Source: Candidatus Magasanikiibacteriota bacterium
GTDB taxonomy: Bacteria > Patescibacteriota > Patescibacteriia > Magasanikbacterales > UBA922
Assembly (NCBI GenBank): GCA_041665025.1
Contig: JBAYJP010000002.1
Location: 691-64,690, forward strand
Direction of reading: 5' to 3'
Length of the DNA stretch: 64,000 bases
The notes under the pieces were generated by a model. That model saw only the letters and a list, made by a program, of their open reading frames with translations, was not told the origin of the DNA and made no database searches. A program made the translations under genes and the position numbers. Below are positions 60,301 to 64,000 of this stretch, piece after piece. The number at the start of each line of letters is the position of its first letter. The stretch's first letter is position 1.

Positions 60301-61626
60301 TTATACCACGTCCCCCTCCAAAATCCATGTGCTTGGGGAAGTTATTTTTACGGTCTGGATAGTCCCCACAAGAGATCTATCGCCTTTAAAACGGCACAAT
60401 TTCATCTCCCTGCTATTCCCCATACAGTATTCTTTGTTCCATTGATCAACAAAAATCTCTAATTTCCCCCCGTCGTAAACCTTATTTTTTCGTGCGGTAA
60501 CATCTTCCATAAGTTCTTGCAAGGCGTCCCAACGTCTCTTCTTCTCTTGTTTGGTGACATCGTCCTTAAATGCTTTTGCGGCAGGCGTACCAGGGCGCAC
60601 TGAATACTGCGCATTGTATGAAATGTCAAAATCACATGCGCGATATAGCGACAGGGTGTCTTCAAAATCCTTTTCTGTTTCTCCGCTAAATCCAACAATG
60701 ATATCAGTTCCAATTGCGATATCTGGTTTCTTATTACGGATTTTTTTTATGGTTTCCAGATAAAATTCCCGGTTATGTCTTCTGTTCATTCGTTTTAAAA
60801 CATCCGAACTCCCTGACTGCACCGGCAAATGGATATAATTCACTTGTTTTGGCAGTGTAAGTGCATCAATCACTTCATCATCCATATACAATGGATGCGC
60901 CGCAGTGAAATGAATTCGCTCAATGTCATCAATTTGATTTATTTCCCATAACAATTTTGCAAAATCATTTTCTTTATATGGATTATTAACACTAAAATTC
61001 TCTGGATCAGAGGCACTCCAATGATTTACAATCTGTCCGAGTAATGTAATTTCTTTACATCCAGAAGATGCCAAACTTTTTGCTTCGTCCAAAATATCTT
61101 TCAAAGATCTATTTCGTTCAAGTCCACGTGCAGATGGTACCACACAATAGGTACAAAAATGATTGCACCCGGTCTGAATCGTAACAAAAGCTTGAAATCT
61201 ATTGCTATGTGCTGGTTTTACCGACAAATAATCTTCGTGCAGATCTATAGGACGCAAGTTTGGGTTCAATTCACTGAGCCATTGTGGTAGCATGACCATG
61301 TCTTTTGTGGGAAAATATAAATCCACACCATGCAATCGAGATTTCATCGCCTGCTTTGCATCCCGGCCTGGCATACACCCAGTTATTCCGACAACAAGAT
61401 GTGGTTTTTCTTCTTTAAGCCTCAAAAATGTTTCTGCATATCCAAAAATTCTATTTTCTGCAGTTTCACGCACTGAACAGGTATTCAAAAGTATGACATC
61501 TGCACTCTCCATCTTTTCTGTAGACTTTAAACCCATGGACTGCAAAATAGACTCTATGCGCTCTGAGTCGTTCTTATTCATTTGGCAACCAAACGTAAGT
61601 ATATGATAATAATATTGCTTTTTCAT
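60301..61626 (-). CDS. miaB: tRNA-i6A37 methylthiotransferase (radical SAM)
   Basis: FGCQMN..DSE, NTCSVRE, CNHFCTYCVVP, HLPVQSGS, TRAM domain; adjacent to miaA. Confidence 0.94.
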   Translation of the reverse strand: MKKQYYYHILTFGCQMNKNDSERIESILQSMGLKSTEKMESADVILLNTCSVRETAENRIFGYAETFLRLKEEKPHLVVGITGCMPGRDAKQAMKSRLHGVDLYFPTKDMVMLPQWLSELNPNLRPIDLHEDYLSVKPAHSNRFQAFVTIQTGCNHFCTYCVVPSARGLERNRSLKDILDEAKSLASSGCKEITLLGQIVNHWSASDPENFSVNNPYKENDFAKLLWEINQIDDIERIHFTAAHPLYMDDEVIDALTLPKQVNYIHLPVQSGSSDVLKRMNRRHNREFYLETIKKIRNKKPDIAIGTDIIVGFSGETEKDFEDTLSLYRACDFDISYNAQYSVRPGTPAAKAFKDDVTKQEKKRRWDALQELMEDVTARKNKVYDGGKLEIFVDQWNKEYCMGNSREMKLCRFKGDRSLVGTIQTVKITSPSTWILEGDVV

Positions 61627-61738
61627 ATAAAAAGGACTGGTAGTATACAAAAATATGCTAAAAAATCAAGATTTTGATTGACAAAAGCACATAAATATGG
61701 TATTATTACTTCTATTAACCCAATCTTAATACATATAT

Positions 61739-62926
61739 ATGACTCTTAGAGAATCAAAGCAATATGAGCCTAACGGAAGTCTCCACAGAGTTGACTCAGA
61801 TTTACGAAATGGTAAAGATTTGCGCACAAAAAAACCACCATCGCACGCACGTGCCAGAACAAGACCTGGTGAAGTGTATGACTTGCAACCAAGACTTAAA
61901 TCCGGCTTGGACAAAAATCGATTAGATTCTCGATATATTATTACCTATAAAAATGGAAAAGTTGAAACTGGATTGAGTAGAGAAGAGGTAGAATTAGAAC
62001 AACGAGGCGGCCTTGTCGAAACAGTAAGTTTAGAACATAACCCATTGGAATCAGGGGTAGACTATCAAACATTGGCACAAGCGGCAGATCAGACTCCCGC
62101 AAACGGCAAAGATATAAGAAATAGACTTGCATCTCCTTTGTTACCAACTGGAGAGTTAAAAGGTTATCAAGCATTGGCACAAGCGACAGACTTAGACAAA
62201 AACCCGAGAATCGGCAAGGACGTCAGGAACAAACTTAATGCTTCTTTACCAGAGGCGGAGGTTAGTTACCAAACATTGGCACAAGCGGCAGATCAGACTC
62301 CCGCAAACGGCAAAGATATAAGAAATAGACTTGCTAAATCTTCTCTGTTACCAACCGAGGAATTAGAGGGCTATGATGCGCTGGCGCAGGCAACAGAAAA
62401 AGTTGAAAATCATCGCACGGCTATACTGCGAGCAGAAATTGCAAAAGCTCAGCAAGGAGAAAACCCTAAAATAGGAATCTCTAATATTTCTATTGAAAAT
62501 GATGTTTTATCTAAAGCCGTTCACCAGTATAGAACTGACAGGACAAAACGTAAGGAACAGCAAAATCCCGAAGCTGTCAAAGCTGATATTATTAATACTG
62601 TTCTAAATTATGGATCAAAAACTGTTATTCCACCGGGATGGGAAAAAGAATATAAACAGATTTTAACTGGACATTATCAAACTCTCGATCAAGCATATCG
62701 TGAAGCTGCACAAAAAGTGCAGGAAGAAAAACAATCTATGGGATTTCTTGCTCGATTAAAAAATCGTCTCATAAGCACTGATGCCGAAAAAGCTGCAGAG
62801 ACTGCGAAACAAGAAGCAGTAAAATTTTATCAAATACTTGTAGAATTAAAACTAGCTACGCCTTTAGATGGAGAAAAAGTTGTACGATCCCTACAGCCCC
62901 CACACGTAAATAAATTTATGAGATAA
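61739..62926 (+). CDS. Hypothetical protein with ~34-aa internal repeats
   Basis: Four YQ(T/A)LAQA-type repeats; exact 65-nt duplication at 62066-62130 and 62270-62334. Confidence 0.75.
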   Translation: MTLRESKQYEPNGSLHRVDSDLRNGKDLRTKKPPSHARARTRPGEVYDLQPRLKSGLDKNRLDSRYIITYKNGKVETGLSREEVELEQRGGLVETVSLEHNPLESGVDYQTLAQAADQTPANGKDIRNRLASPLLPTGELKGYQALAQATDLDKNPRIGKDVRNKLNASLPEAEVSYQTLAQAADQTPANGKDIRNRLAKSSLLPTEELEGYDALAQATEKVENHRTAILRAEIAKAQQGENPKIGISNISIENDVLSKAVHQYRTDRTKRKEQQNPEAVKADIINTVLNYGSKTVIPPGWEKEYKQILTGHYQTLDQAYREAAQKVQEEKQSMGFLARLKNRLISTDAEKAAETAKQEAVKFYQILVELKLATPLDGEKVVRSLQPPHVNKFMR

Positions 62927-62963
62927 TATGCTACGCACCCCTACGAAAAGGGGTGTTTTACTT

Positions 62964-63722
62964 ATGGCTCTTGTTCGCCTCCAAAAACACATCGCTGACC
63001 TCGGAATTTGTTCTCGCCGCAAGGCAGAGGAGCTTATTGTCGCGGGAAAAGTGAAAGTAAATGAAATTGTAGTTGCTAAATTAGGAACAAAAGTTGATCC
63101 AGAATATGATGAGATTATAGTAAATGGAGAAAAGATTAAAAGATTAAAAGATTCGAAGATTAAAAATTTTGTATATGTGGCGTTGAATAAACCAGTGGAC
63201 TACATTACCTCGACTACCGACGAACAAGGTGCTTCGGTTCTAGATCTCATAATACCTCAAAATCATTTCAAACCAATAGACGATGCATCAAAAAAGCTTA
63301 TCCAGTCCGTCCGTCTATACCCTGTTGGACGTTTGGATAAGGATTCAGAAGGGTTAATACTACTTACCAATGACGGTGAATTAACCAACAGGCTCACCCA
63401 CCCTCGCTACGAACATGAAAAAGAATATGAAGTGATTATAGATAGCATTTTGAGCAAAGACGCCAAGAATATTTTACAAAAAGGAATGACGATTGAGGGT
63501 GAATCGTTGCAAGGTATTCAGATTATAAAAGAATTTAATAAAGGAAGAGTTACCATCATTACCGTCATTTTGAAAGAAGGGAAAAATAGACAAATTAGAA
63601 AAATGTTTGGACGACTGGGGTATCATATGGTATCATTAAAACGAACACGTATTGGCAAACTAAATCTAGGGGTATTGCCCATAGGCAGATGGAAATTTGT
63701 AAAAAAAGAACATATTATTTAA
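62964..63722 (+). CDS. rluB: rRNA pseudouridine synthase (RluB/RsuA family)
   Basis: S4 domain RLQKHIADLGICSRRKAE, GRLDKDSEGL, EGKNRQIRKM. Confidence 0.9.
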   Translation: MALVRLQKHIADLGICSRRKAEELIVAGKVKVNEIVVAKLGTKVDPEYDEIIVNGEKIKRLKDSKIKNFVYVALNKPVDYITSTTDEQGASVLDLIIPQNHFKPIDDASKKLIQSVRLYPVGRLDKDSEGLILLTNDGELTNRLTHPRYEHEKEYEVIIDSILSKDAKNILQKGMTIEGESLQGIQIIKEFNKGRVTIITVILKEGKNRQIRKMFGRLGYHMVSLKRTRIGKLNLGVLPIGRWKFVKKEHII

Positions 63723-63747
63723 TTTTTATAATCTAACGAAAAATAAT

Positions 63748-64000
63748 ATGGTGAGATTAGAAACTGGAACGCAATTTATAGATGACGATAAAGATTTACC
63801 ATTTTATACAGAAGAAGAGCTAGAAAATAGAAGGCAAATACAACGTCTGACAGATGCGGCCCAAAACTTGGAAACTGCATTTGCACAACAAGATGCGCGC
63901 GAAGTACATCTAGAAGATGATGAATTAGCCACTAGACGTGCTCAGAGGGAATTAGATGCTGTACATGATGACGGGGATAACGAAGATTTGGTGGATTGGG
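63748..64000 (+). CDS. Partial acidic hypothetical protein (runs off the window)
   Basis: Open frame MVRLETGTQFIDDDKDLPFYTEEELENRRQ... to the window end. Confidence 0.55.
   Translation, partial: MVRLETGTQFIDDDKDLPFYTEEELENRRQIQRLTDAAQNLETAFAQQDAREVHLEDDELATRRAQRELDAVHDDGDNEDLVDW

Overview
AT-rich bacterial chromosome segment whose gene content and style point to a CPR/Patescibacteria (Parcubacteria-like) organism. This is inferred from the mostly SD-less starts, unlinked rRNA, short EF-Ts and stand-alone PEP-utiliser paralogues. It opens with the 5' ~2.6 kb of a minus-strand 23S rRNA gene that has no 16S upstream and carries hairpin insertions. Next come tRNA-Leu, a 4.3 kb island bracketed by a 33-bp direct repeat, and housekeeping genes (pnp, rpsO, tsf, rpsB, rpmE2, prfA, prmC, rplY, rodA, gyrB, secE, nusG, rplK, rplA, gatB, miaA, miaB, rluB). 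An unusually complete ~25 kb nucleotide/cofactor block follows: dCMP deaminase, dut, thyA, folA, tmk, pdxST, guaB-like, purA, purB, pyrB, pyrI, pyrC, [speD-like, two carbamoyltransferases, aspA], pyrD, pyrK, pyrE, pyrF. Three things stand out. (1) More than 25 dispersed elements are built from degenerate 7-9-nt tandem repeats, often as inverted arms, in about a dozen unrelated motif families. They sit between genes, inside the 23S rRNA and in frame inside proteins (five tracts in prmC). (2) Two parallel promoter / leader-peptide / terminator attenuators lie ahead of the pyr operon and ahead of a probable GMP-to-AMP operon. (3) The pyr operon has no carAB in the window but contains a cassette that could supply carbamoyl phosphate and aspartate by another route. 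All calls are by eye; no database searches were run.
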